A stretch of 36,847 nt of DNA from Asterionella formosa (GCA_002256025.1 NKIB01015270.1:1-36847); one strand, 5' to 3'. Numbered from the stretch's first letter, positions 11,199 through 23,699 are shown. The notes: generated from the letters alone by a model not told the origin. Program-made: numbers and translations.

Positions 11199-11592
11199 AA
11201 AACTAAATACTACACACAATACCTAGACTGCAGTTTGACATACCGGTACCGGTACTCTACCTGGTCCTGCTTTTTTCACTTGATCTGTAGTAAAAACCGT
11301 CTTTTAGCTCAACTCCCACAGATGCCCTGGTACAACTACCAGCTACTGGAGTACCAGAACCAGGTAGTAGTACCCCAACCGTTATTACTATCCAAACAGT
11401 GCGAAGGACAAAAATAATATTCCTTACCGAAATCAGCCACCAATTTTTACATCACCGTACGATTCATATCCGGTATGCTGTGAGTACACCATTACTGCCC
11501 GTGCGTCCAGCTACTGGTACATGATACCCTACCGTAATTTGCATTGTAGTACCAAAATAGCTATTTATTAACAAAACGTTTGACTGATCACC

Positions 11593-12325
11593 ATGGCATC
11601 GATCGATGGTTCTACACCACTCTCTGCTGAAGCCTCACGGCTCTTTCGTGTCTACAAGACCATGAGTTCAATGCTGGTGAGACGTGGATACATGGTTCCA
11701 AAGGATATGAGGGAATTAACACCCAAATCCTTTGTTGATAAGTTTGGAGAAACACCTTCCCGCGAGGCCATGACTATTCTAGTGGTACGTGGTTCCATGT
11801 GGGCAGAGCCTTGTTCAAACGACAGAGACATGCTAACCGAATTTTTCTCTGCCTGACATTTCAATTTATGTACGGTAGGAAAAAGCAGATGACGAAACAA
11901 ATCAACTCTTTTGTTTCTTCCCAGAGGACGAAAAGGTGGGAGTCAAACCCATCAAGGTGTATACCGACCGCATGAGAGCTGAAAATGTGGGAAATGCCAT
12001 CATGGTCCTTCGGGTTGATATCACGCCATTTGCGAAACAAGCGGTACAAGAAATGAGCGACTCCTTTAGGATTGAACACTTTAAGGAAGCTGAGCTTCTT
12101 GTCGACATTACTCAGCATCAGCTGGTACCGGAGCATCAAGTTTTGACTCCCAATGAAAAATCAGAATTATTGAAACGCTATCGATTGAAGGAGACGCAGT
12201 TGCCCAGAATTCAACCTAATGATCCAGTGGCTCGCTACTTTGGAATGAAAAGAGGGATGGTGGTCAAAATTATTCGTCCCAGTGAAACTGCTGGACGATA
12301 TGTGACCTATCGGGTTTGTATGTAA
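11593..12325 (+). CDS. RPB5: DNA-directed RNA polymerases I/II/III shared subunit RPB5 (RPABC1), 212 aa
   Basis: Exons 11593-11784 and 11879-12325, with intron GTACGT...GCTAAC...TAG (11785-11878). Hallmarks are 'RLFRVYKT', '[15 protein letters not shown]', '[16 protein letters not shown]' and '[15 protein letters not shown]'. Confidence 0.97.
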
Positions 12326-13323
12326 GGAATTAGAGTATCCATCTCCTTCCAATTGGGCAGAAAGGAGGAAAAATTTCAAATCATAGGGTAGATCAATGCA
12401 AACTGCTGGTACGATCAACAGGATATATTTACACGATCCACATGGAAAATGTCGCGTTTGTACGGGACGCGTTGTTCCATCTAATCCTCATTTTTAAGTT
12501 TTCCTGCATTGTGATATATTTACATACCGGTTTGTGGACACGCTAGGATGCAGCCTATTCTTCCCGATTTGACCCAGAAACCTGTAGCGCCGTAGATAGT
12601 ATCTGGCCATTGGATAAAACAATTGATGAAAACACTTCGCTCATTCACCTTCGTCGTCATTCATAACAAAGCAACACGGCTAAATACCCTCTACTGGTAA
12701 AATAGTACTCAGGGATTGTATAGATAAAGCACTTCACTATAATTTAGTTTCGATTTGTGAACAATAAATCATTTTTTGATCCCTGATAATAATGCGGTAC
12801 TATGAAAGCGATTAAGCAGTTGATCTGCTACAATTGTTCGACCAAATGATTCCCTCATGTTCTGTAGATATAGAATACAGATAGGTAAATAATAGACTTC
12901 TCCATGGAAGTCTACAGTCTAGACTCTAGACTGCTCTATGTAGACTCAAGACTATACTCCGGAATGTGGCGACACCTTTGCTGGTCCTCTCGCAGTTGAA
13001 GCTAGCGACCACACTCACCCTGCTAAATTTTCTGCTGCTCACACCGACCAAAAGGAACTGCACCTACCGGTACCCCACGAATCAGCTTCAACTCAGCGAA
13101 CAAAAATGCATGGTGATGCTGTGGACCATAATTAACCATATGTAGTATCTACCGTAGTAATAGAACAGTACCGGTAATTCAAATTAAAAACCGCGCGGTA
13201 AATACATACAAAACAAGACATGCATGTGCTGTGCATGATGGGTGAAAGCGCAATTCCTTACTTTTTGAAACTGTCACATATTGTTACAAATCGCCCACAT
13301 TTTCCATTTTCCGACATTTGACC

Positions 13324-13965
13324 ATGAACACGATCGACGTTGGTGGTGGTGCGATTAAATCCTATGTTCCACCTTTTCGACGTGACGGACACCAACCATT
13401 GCCAGTAAACAAGCGGTCAGCGGGTGGCTGGAATGCAGGAGGACCGTCAAACAATGGCGGTGGTGGTGGTGGTCGTGGCGATGGCGGTGGTGGAAGCCAT
13501 TACTCGATTGTAGATTTGGAAGCCCTTGTCAGGGATAGTATCATCCGTCATGATGATCGTCTCGATGTTATAAAGAATGAACAGGATCAAGCCCTAGCGA
13601 TTGTCTTGGAAAACCAAGCTCTTCTCCTAAAAAATCTTGCCCTTGTCTTGAAGAACCAAGAATTACTTTTGACGCCGGCCTTGCAAACCACTGTAGCCAG
13701 AGTACATGAAAATTCTCCAGAAAGCAAGTATACTTTTATGGCGTCTCATTAAGATGCTTCAAATATTTCAGCTAACCATTATTTTTATACCTTAGTCTCC
13801 AATGGAATCCCTGATTACGCAAAGGCACTCAAAAAGAAGCGAAAGGCCGACCTAGTAGAAATTTGTAATGAAAATTCCGTTGATTCTTCCGGAACCATAA
13901 AGGACATGATTTCTCGGCTCTTGAAGAAGCGTGCTCGTGTTGATGATGATGGTTATGTTGGTTGA
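13324..13965 (+). CDS. Small Gly-rich/coiled-coil protein with a C-terminal SAP-like domain
   Basis: Exons 13324-13723 and 13796-13965, joined by a predicted GC-AG intron (GCAAGT...GCTAAC...TTAG). Exon 2 encodes 'LKKKRKADLVEICNENSVDSSGTIKDMISRLL', which is SAP-like and absent from the ORF track. Confidence 0.6.
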
Positions 13966-14510
13966 CATCAGTTTAATTGAGAAGCATTTCTATTGGTAGT
14001 GCCAAGTAGCTAACCTTTGAAAACAGTAATATAATAGATATTTTCGGTAACCTATGTATGTTTACCTTATTTGTTTGGAACAGTTCTCTTATCCTGCTGA
14101 TACCGGCTATAACTTTCTAGCAAACAGTTTGTTACAAAAAATCAAGCAAGCTGACTTGCAAAAATAGATAGATAAGCTGAACTGGGACCAGTCTACCATC
14201 TCAGATTTATTCTAATCATATTCTTTGTTTGAGGACTTAGTATTAATAGTATATTGACAAATGGCTTAGTCATATCATGTCGGTAACTTAAATTGCTGGT
14301 TCAGATGTCCATGCAATTCCTATTTGAAAAAATTGTATGACCAAAACCAATGCAAGTGAACCAGGTACTTTTGCCGGAGTTTGGATTTTATTGCTGCCCC
14401 AATGTAGGAATTGTAATTACAATGGAAAAAGCAGTTTAAACACAAGATTCAGTAACTAGCATCTTTGAAAGTTCTGGAACACACTACACATGTAAATAGG
14501 ACCATTAAAC

Positions 14511-15833
14511 CTAACTCTGCTGACACTGAACTCCTTGTCCACCTTGCCCTTCTTCATCACTATCATATTCATTTGCAGAACTGACAGCCCCTCCTTTGCC
14601 GAAAAAAGCAAGGTCTGCTTCTTCCATATAATGATCTTCCACTTCCTCATTCTCATACTCTTCCTCAATATTGGGATCTGGCAATACTCTTTGTAGAGTC
14701 GCAATGTCTTCAGGCGACAATTTGTCGGGGAAAGCAATCTCGAAGGCAATGTACAAGTCGCCTCTGACAAAAGGGTTTCCAAGAGATGGCATGCCTTCAT
14801 CCTTGACTTTTTTGATAAAAGGCAAGAGTTTTCCATCTCTTCGGACTTCGGCGTGAATGATTTCTCCAGGATGTGTTTTGATACACAATTGACGACCGTC
14901 CAGGTGTGTGATATGCCACTATACCGAAAATGAACAAACGGGATTTGCATGAGTGAATGTGTTCACAACAGTAAAAGGAAAATGAACAAAATAGCGATCA
15001 TCCATTCAGAATCAACGTACCGTGAATCCACAAAGCGCTTGATTCAAGGACAATTCCTTTGTCACCAGCAAGTCCGCATGTTTGCGCTTGAACAACTCAT
15101 GGGGTTTCTCTTGGACGATAAAGTTGATATCCCCAGGTTCCATTTTGGGAATTTCATCTCCCATGTTTGCAAATGAAATCTTGTGGTTGTTGGTCATGCC
15201 CTTTTGAACCAGGACTTCCAATATCTTTCGTTCCGATTTGGTTTTGGCTTCATACCCTTGTCCAGAACACTTGTCACAAGTTCGTTGCACTTGCTGAATC
15301 ATACCAGGTCCAATCTGCCGAATTTGCATAACAGCTCCTTGACCACGACATGTGTTACAAGTTGCCACATCCCCGACAATAACCTTGCGATTGACTGCCA
15401 GCTTGACAGTCTTGCCCAAATACAAGTCTTCCAAGGACACCTTGAGCGGATGATTGACAGACGGTCCCTTGCGCGGACCACTCCGCTGAGAAGATCGACC
15501 TCCTCCAAAAAACATACTGAACAAATCTCCATGGCCATCTCCACCAGCACCTCGATCCACTCCTTCCAATCCGTACTGGTCGTACTTTTCACGCGTTTCT
15601 GGGTCGCTTAAAACTTCATAGGCAGCGTTAATTTCTTTGAATTTGTGCTCGTCTCCACCTTTGTCCGGATGGTGTTGACGCGACAGAGCACGATAGGCTT
15701 TCTTAATGTCCTTGCTACTGGCTGTTTTATCAACGCCCAACGTCTCGTACAACTTCGTCGTATCGACGGGCTCTGATTGTCTCATCGAGCCACCTGCACC
15801 GGGGAAGCCATCAAAAGGAATTCCTCCAAACAT
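14511..15833 (-). CDS. DNAJA: Type I Hsp40/DnaJ co-chaperone (DNAJA/YDJ1-like), 406 aa, with CaaX C-terminus
   Basis: Exons 15833-15021 and 14918-14511, with intron GTACGT...TAG (15020-14919). Contains a J domain with HPD, a G/F region, two CxxCxGxG repeats and 'THLDGRQL', and ends in CQQS. Confidence 0.95.
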
Positions 15834-16804
15834 GGCGAAGAGTTTCTGTTTCAAACAAGTGAGGGTACAAGTAAATAGGTATTCAACGATGAGTTAGCGC
15901 CCACTTCAAGCACAACCAGTTGAGTATTAGTCCTTGCAGGAGGATTTGATTATAATCGGCAGTCGTTTATTGTGCGGAGTTTTGTCGTCGGAACAATGAC
16001 TTGCTCTGCCTCGCATGTATGTAGGAGTACCAGTATCGTAGTGGCGATATGCATTTCGTTTTCCATCGAATTTCCAGACCATTCCTGATCACAAGTCACC
16101 ACAGCCGTCGGTATGATGCATACTCCAGTGTACATGTCTACATAGATCATTGCTGCATACGTACCACGTCGACACAAGACGTCGTATGATACTGCTGTAC
16201 AAACCGGTACCCGGTACCTGGTACTTCCTCATTTTCGAATACAGTATACAGTAGGTACGTGCTGTATACATTGCCATTGTTTTGTTTTATTTTATTTTAT
16301 ATTTTTACGCTCTACAGTAGTCTACCGGTATGCTTGGTGCTGGTCCAGCGATATGTAATACCGGTACCAGTACCTGGTACGGTACAAGGTACCGGCTGTT
16401 TTTGTGTAGGCAAAGCTTCTACTTACAGGTATCACCAGTCCTCGAATCTACTTCGACCCAATAACCGACTTGTTCGACTGCCTTTCCTGAATATATTTCC
16501 GTGCGTTGTGATGATAGTTTTTTGGCTTTTTTTGTTCTGCACCAACTAATCTTTAGGCTTGTAGTACATAAGTTGGTCTTTCGATTAGCTTCGGAGATTT
16601 CCTCCCTCTGGCTCTCCTTAGCTGCAGTACCAGGCGACGCCGTCTGCATATTTGGCAAATCTCCTTGTGGGATCATGTGTGAAGTGACACGTGCTTTCCA
16701 CCCTGCCATTGTCAATTGAGAAATGAATGAAAGGGTGTTGGTCTCTCGGTTTTCTGGGGGGCAAAGAATGTGGGTTTGGTGATCATTTTCTGACTCACAG
16801 ACTT

Positions 16805-18845
16805 GGTGATTGCTGAAGGCAATACACGCCCAAGGTGGTCTCTTGCCTGCGAGTATACATGTGTTCGAGGCTGGGTGGCGTGAGTACATTGACCGTACGA
16901 GTGGCGCTGGCCATCCCAGCCGAGTACACATGTATACGAGAAGGCAAGTAGCCGCCAAGAAGGGTATTGTTGAGGCAATTCCCGCTCTAGCTATTGTCAT
17001 GTCATTCGCTTACCTACTGCCCACAAAAAAGCAAAAATGTCAATTTTAGCTTACTATTGCCCATCATATAAAATATATTTCATATATTTCCTATCTTCAC
17101 CTCGAAAATTGCCAAAGGTCTGATATTGCCCATCATTAAAATATATTTTGGATATTTCATATGTTCGCATTTTGGCAAGACAACAGACGCCAATTGCTCC
17201 TCGGTTTTCTAGCCCTGGGATTGCCGAAATTGGCAAGGGGTCTACTTAAGGAAACCATTTTATATACTATTCAGACTTTAATAATTTATATCTAGAATTC
17301 ACCGCATTTTTGTTCATCTCCTGAAAAGTGGACTCCGGCAATTCACCTTTCACCATGCCAATCGTCGTCCATCATGACCGGGTTGAAGCGAAATCAGTTC
17401 CGCGATGACGCCAGTAGCGATTCTTTGCCTAACAGATGCGGTTGATTGTTGGATTGCTTGTCTTCTCGAGGCATTCATGTAGTCGCATCGTCCATTTTTC
17501 GTCGGACAAACAATGATATCGATACATCTGATGTTGGCGGCAAGTTTTTGCTCCGGTCATGTATGTAATGATGCTTAACGGATATTCTACCGGTACCGGC
17601 AGTCATCTAGTCTACATACGTATGTGGTACTAAAAACAACCATGGATGGTTTAAGCTATACTTAAACACTTAGCTACTTTGAACATGTTATAATATTATC
17701 TCTGTAGACTCGGTATTATTTTTACAAGACCTGAATGTTAAATTATATTCTTCACATACTATTCATTGATTTTACATACCGTATGGCCGATTTCGTCCTC
17801 ACAGATATACTTCTCACTCTATCTTGCCTGCCTTTGCTCTATTCGGGCTTGCAATAGGCAACGTTTGTCTTTCTTTGATCCCATAGTCTGCTGCTTGTTA
17901 TGCTAGTTGAAGCGGATCGGTGAGTACAACAGTGAAACACTGAATGTGGATTATAGATCATTTTTATCGACTGTCTGATTTGATTGCTTCCGTGGTTTCT
18001 TTTGATCGCTTCCATCGTTGTTTGTCGTTCCGCACTGTCGTTTTGTTTCGATTGTACATATCTACATAAGAACCAATGCATTTATCAATGACTACTCATT
18101 GAAGATTTGGTATTGTGCCGTTGTTGATTTGTATAGTCGTTGACAATGATGTCAATATTGCCGCCAAGCAATGCTTTTCCTGTACTAACGCGCTTTGCTA
18201 CATTTCTACTACAAGTTCATATCAGAGGCTACGTATATTCAGCTAGAGGGAGTCGATAGTGCTGAAGCAGCCTGGTGATCATACTCAATCAGAATGGATT
18301 GGAATGGAATGATGATCAGGGTTGTTTGGTGGGAGGAACGAGGACTGTGGGCAGAGGGAATGCAACTTGGTGTGTCAGGCTCCTACAGCGATGTGCATGG
18401 TTACAACAAGCAGATCGTCTACACTACATAACGACGCAGGTCAAGATTGGGTTCAGCTTTTTCCCTTCTTATTTCGGTCATTGATTGTGTGGTGATGGAA
18501 ATTCAATTGCTTTCGTAAGTACTACAATGTCACAATGCATACATCTCCATTGAAACTCTTATTTTTTACTTTATTTCCTTTGATGCTACTTATTACATCG
18601 CATTTCATACTTTGGTTGCTCCAAACATCATGTTCAATTTTCATTGATGTTGCATGTTACAATCATTCTTGTGTGTTTTATGCTTGTTGTACCATCTCCA
18701 TGCATATTACCGATATTCTGGTTGTCATGCTAAAATCGGCAATTTTATTGCCGAAAAATTCGATGTGCCCCATATTGCCCTTAAATAAAAATTACTTAAA
18801 AGGACCCGAATGGCAAGATGATAGCTGGAGCGGGAATTGCTGTTG
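16805..18845. repeat. Interspersed repeat, copy 1 (probable non-autonomous mobile element or large tandem unit), with ~600 bp of extra sequence at ~17170-17770
   Basis: Colinear, same-orientation matches to ~30880-32520. Examples are 'caatacacgcccaaggtggtctcttgcctgcgagtatacatg' vs 'caatacacatctgaggtggtctcatgcctgcaagtatacatg', and the shared blocks 'ttgcccatcatataaaatata', 'gttgacaatgatgtcaatat' and 'cgatgtgccc(c)atattgccctt'. Confidence 0.8.
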
Positions 18846-19261
18846 ATCCCTCCTCCCAAAATCATTTCTGTTGTTTCCATTCAGGATGAAAAATGTTGTC
18901 TTTGCTGATTAATTCAATTACATGACATATACTAAATTTATAAAAATAGTGTTGCTTAATTCTGTTTCTGCAGCATTACACACAGATACACATTTTGGAG
19001 CAACAACAAAAAGTGTTGCTGGAAGCAACATAGTACCTGGATATGGGTGATACGAAAAATTGGGCCAATCAACAGAATTCACCATTTTGTATCTATGTTG
19101 AGACTGGCCTAAGCAGCAGGCAGAAGTCAGTTGCTAAGGCCAGTGACAAGATTTCTTGTTATTACCACTGTCAAGAGTACTCTTTCCAAATTCCCCATTC
19201 ACTATACCAAAAGTCTGCACCAGTTTACAAATGTGCAGGTAGTGCTGAAACAAAAACTCTT

Positions 19262-22200
19262 CTATTTGCTGGTTAATGGTCGGACACCAGTCCAACTAGG
19301 GGGGCAAATTCCGTTGCGTTTTTCCATGTAGGCCACTAGAACCTTGCATGTACCATCGCCCAACTCGTTTCTTATTCGTACAACCTCATCATTGCTATGA
19401 TGTCGGTCAAAAATCCGCCCATCGATGTCGTTAGGGTTATAGTCGATGTATCCTTCTTCAAGCACTGTTGTAATCATTATTTCGTCTGCTTCCTGCAGAG
19501 CTATGATCGCTTCCTTCCAGTCGCCATGAAGGTACGCTTTGCTACCTTCCCTGAACTTTCTCTCAAAGTCTTCCGTGACATGCTGTCTCATGGCTCGGAG
19601 ATCTTGATCGCTTTCCCACACCAATGGAGTGTACGCTTCTGCGTCAAGATCGGATTGCTCCGCAGAACGCTCAAACAAAAAGAAATCAACGCCTATGTTC
19701 CTAGCATCATACGTAAAGATCCGTTGAGCGACGCTGGATCCCTTTACAAAGACTGTGTCTAAATGGCGCAATTTATTCCGGGCCGGAGGAGAAAGGAGTT
19801 CCTCGACTGCTTGGCTGAGAAGGATGGTGACTCCATATTGTTTGGCTGCACTCATCATGCGGGATGCCATATTCACATGAGGGGAGAGGTACGTAGCATC
19901 GATCTTGTATTCACTGCCTACCGCACCTTCGACGGCCCAGCCAGCATCCATACCAATAACAATGCTGACCGTATACGCACCGACACCAGCTCCAAGGCGG
20001 AAGTCCTTCTTCCAGTTTTGAAGATTTCGATCACGATGGATACCAGCAAAGGATTTCAGCAAACCCAAAAGGGCGCGGTCAGAAAATGACTGGATACCCG
20101 GGAGCGACGCAAGTTGTAAAGTATCATCTCCACCGCCTCTAGAGCCTTTAATAACATTCACACCTCTACTTCCGTGATTGATTCCACGACTCCGGCGTTT
20201 CATGGTGTTCTTCTTTGCATTTCTCTTCTCCTTCGACCCAGAAAACAATACTTCCGTAGCTCGAGCCTTCTTTTCGTGTACTTCAGTGAAGTCACCAATG
20301 CGAAAGACCATCAAGAAAGCAGCACCAAGATTCTTGTTGCATTGGCCGCTATCGCCTAGAGCCCAACGAAAGACTTCGTCATGCACAACTTTAGCAACAT
20401 CGTTGATCAAAATCATAACATCCCGGTCGAGAGCACGCAATTGCTCGCTGAAGCCATTGATTGCAACAAAGCCAAAGAGTGCATACACACGCTTTCCTGG
20501 AACAGTTGGATTGAAAACAACAGTCTTTCCATCTTGAGTCCTAGCGAGGTTGGAGGAAATGATCCCGGCGCCTGCAACACCCCAACACTTTCGAAGAAGA
20601 TCAGCAATTTTAGAAATGGCATTGATAAGCTGTTCCGTTTCGTAGTTACCGAGTTGCGCTTTATCACCATCCTTATCAGGATCACTTTCACTCCCTTCGC
20701 CGCCAACTTCGCCGTCTCTCTTTTGCCTCTTATTTGACCTTGCAGTTGACGAGAGTGGATTTTGAGCATAACGAACTACGATCTTGAGCATTCTCTGGAG
20801 CGGATGCAAAACGAGACGACCAGCATCGCCGCGAAGGACCGTCAAACCAGTCAAACTGAGCAAAAGGATGCAAAATAATAGAATGAATGATGAAATGTTC
20901 GTAAACATAACTGCCTGGTTCTGGTTAACAAGAACCTTCACACTGAATGTAGCATTGGTCACTTCTTGCGAGCCATTGAACCATGTTAACGTGGTGGACT
21001 TTGTGTATTCCGAGATAGCTCCGACTGGTATGTCAAGTAGATCAGCGAAGAAATTCGGGGTTGCATTCGAAGGTGCTGCATTCCAAATTGCGCAGGCACC
21101 CACAACGACATCTGTATATTTGTCACATGACGATATCACACCGTCGTCGCTTTGGAAGTTACAGCGAACCGGAAGTACCTGCGCCCAAAGAATATAGGCA
21201 CCCTCGGAATAGTAGGTACCCTCCGTTGCAGGTGACAAAACCACCGCTGCCGCAGCTAGCCATGACTCGAAAGAATCCTGAAGGAATGCGCAACTGGTAT
21301 CGCTATTGTTTGTCACTAATTCACTAGTCGCTTGAAGAAAGCCAACAAATTCTGGTGCACTATTGTTGACACCGCTAATTGTCGAAATCATTGGCAAAAC
21401 TACGACAATAATTAACCTGTCGGGTCATTAGAAATGGCGTAAAATGAAAAATCAATGCAATCACTTTCAATACTTACAGAAGCAAAAGGGCGCGATGCGA
21501 GTTCACAACCATTAGAGCAGTACCGATAGTTGCCGCCTTTTTCAGACCCCTGTCATTCTCATAACTTGATTCGGACTTTCTCTCCGAGTTATCCTCTTCT
21601 CCTTGATGTATGTCCCCGACCTGAGCCTTTCGTTTCCTCGAGAAGTGTCGAGAAGTATAATATGGCTCATTCGGGTCATCAGAGCGGAAAAATTTTGGAA
21701 AATTTCCATTTTGTACCCTGTCATCGCGAAAGGTGTTGTTGATCCACATCTGCTTCCAATGACGAACAAGTCCGAAAATTCGCAATGTCCGCAACCCAAG
21801 AGCAAAGCGACCGACTGCGGAGTCCCACCTAGTAGGTCCAAGGACAGCGGACATCGAAACATCAATGCCAGAAAAATGAGTACGTGCGCCACAGGTCCTT
21901 CCATGTAAACACACAAAATCGGGAATATATAGAGCCAAAGCCACGATCTCAAACATAACGTGAAATGCACTGATATAACGGGCGGTAGATGGAGCGTATG
22001 CCTTGTCGGAAGCAATTAGTTCAAAATAATTTGAAGGCCGGATCACCAACTCCATCAAAAGCTCAAGGGCAAGCACCGTCCAGATACATCTGAGGAGAAT
22101 AACCAGTGTGAGTTGTTGACAAGCCCTGAGAATTATTCACAAAATAATCAACTTACGCCCCAAGCAAAGCAACCTCATCAAAGGAAGTGGAAGGAAAGAA

Positions 22201-23699
22201 TGCCAAGGTCGCAGTCTCAAGGAACAAGTAAATGAAACTACACATTACCAACAAGTTAATTCCAGTGCAACGTAAACTGCATGAAAAGGGTGAATCTCCA
22301 AATAGAAGAGAGGATGCAAGTTCCTTCAACTCGCTTCGGAACTTTCGGTAAAAAGGGACTAACTTATTCTTGCGGAAACGGATTGGCCAAGAAATGAAAG
22401 CAACCAACCGCTCAAAGCTCATGCTTTCCTTGTTCGTCTTTTTAACGTCAGCCATTGACCAACTTGTTTCGCGCGCGGCCCGCAATGCTGATTCGATTCC
22501 TTCTGGTGATTTGCATTGTTCCATCCAGGCTACGGCAAAATGTCAGGGAAAGGTTAGGCGCCATTTGTCCAATTTAAACAATCTGTAACACCAATAAATA
22601 ACCCACCTGTATCTGCCCTCTGCAAAGTACCAGTATCTGCTCTTGCAACTGTATAATATTTTATATCTTCGTCAAAATGCACTTTCTGCACTGTTGCCAA
22701 CACATATACAAAAGGGCCTTGCTGTTCCTCAAAGTTTCCGCCTTGACCTCGCGGATAACCAAATTTATTCACTGGTTGCACAGTAAAAGCTTCTTGGGGA
22801 TCTACAGAATTGGTATGGTTCATAATATTCAAAAACACCAGAACTTTTTCGCCTACAGCAAATTGCAAATTTGATAGGTTTTTGCTACCTGCACCGACAC
22901 CAGCAGCAACGACAGCCGCTGCCGCTGCAACGTTTTCCCATTCAGAGTTAGATGTTTGTCCCAAGCTCGAAAGTGCCGCGTCAAAAGAATCAAAATTCTG
23001 GGAAGAACTCTTCGAATGCCGATTTGAAATGCTATGAGAGGTTCTTCGACTGGCTTTTCGGCCCATCCCTATTTTCATAATCCCCGAACTGGCAGCTGAA
23101 AAATGTTCATTGTCATCCATCGAGAAATTTCCAGTTACGACTGGCTTGATATTGACGGATTTCCGCCGCACTGAGTTTTGTCGACTCAATCTTGAGTGCC
23201 CAGATCCTTCGTCGTCTGATTCTGACGCAGAAACAGTACCTCGTCGCTTGGCCATCTGAAGTGAGGGGTCTGAAGCGAAGGAGCCAGATCCGGCGCTGTA
23301 CAAAGAATTGAAACTACGTCTGGAAGCTGAGGATCGCCTCCTAGTTGGACCCGAAAAGGAGCTTCTCTTGGTAGCTCCTGCCGTAAGACTGGGGGTTGAT
23401 TCTTCACTCAAACTGTCAAAGTGACTTGAAATGTTGTAGTCCTGCGAGTTGTGGGACATGTTCTCGCTGATTTCCTCACGCGAATTCGCCCACTGAAACC
23501 CTCTGGAAGCTTTCACTTGTTCGTATTCTTCGTCTCCGAAGCTAGCGGCAGAAACGTCGTCATCGTCTCGGCAAAAGAGGACCGGAGGGTAATATGCATG
23601 GTCCATTGAACGGTCTTCCATGTCCTCCTCTTCTTCCTCTGTTATGTGTTCCATCCTGTCGAGAAGAGCATCACCTCCTTCGTCGAATGGAGATGACAT
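19262..23699 (-). CDS. Voltage-sensor/ion-channel-like 6TM domain fused to a class III adenylyl cyclase-like domain (alveolate AC-alpha type), 1410 aa; probable pseudo-cyclase
   Basis: Exons 23699-22607, 22529-22157, 22089-21478 and 21416-19262. All three introns are GT-AG and frame-preserving, giving 4233 nt. Motifs are an S4-like 'GRFALGLRTLRIFGLVRHWK', 'GWAVEGAVGSEYKIDATYLSPHVNMASRM', a TPR-like tail and the terminal 'WTGVRPLTSK'. Confidence 0.9.

Noticed and set aside
16419..17000. 193-aa minus-strand ORF
   Set aside because: It has no recognisable motif. Its 5' part lies in the interspersed repeat, whose other copy has indels in the homologous stretch.
19397..21327. Numerous plus-strand ORFs antisense to the cyclase (and similar antisense/alternate-frame ORFs within other genes)
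   Set aside because: They are shadow ORFs of well-supported genes, with no independent motifs.
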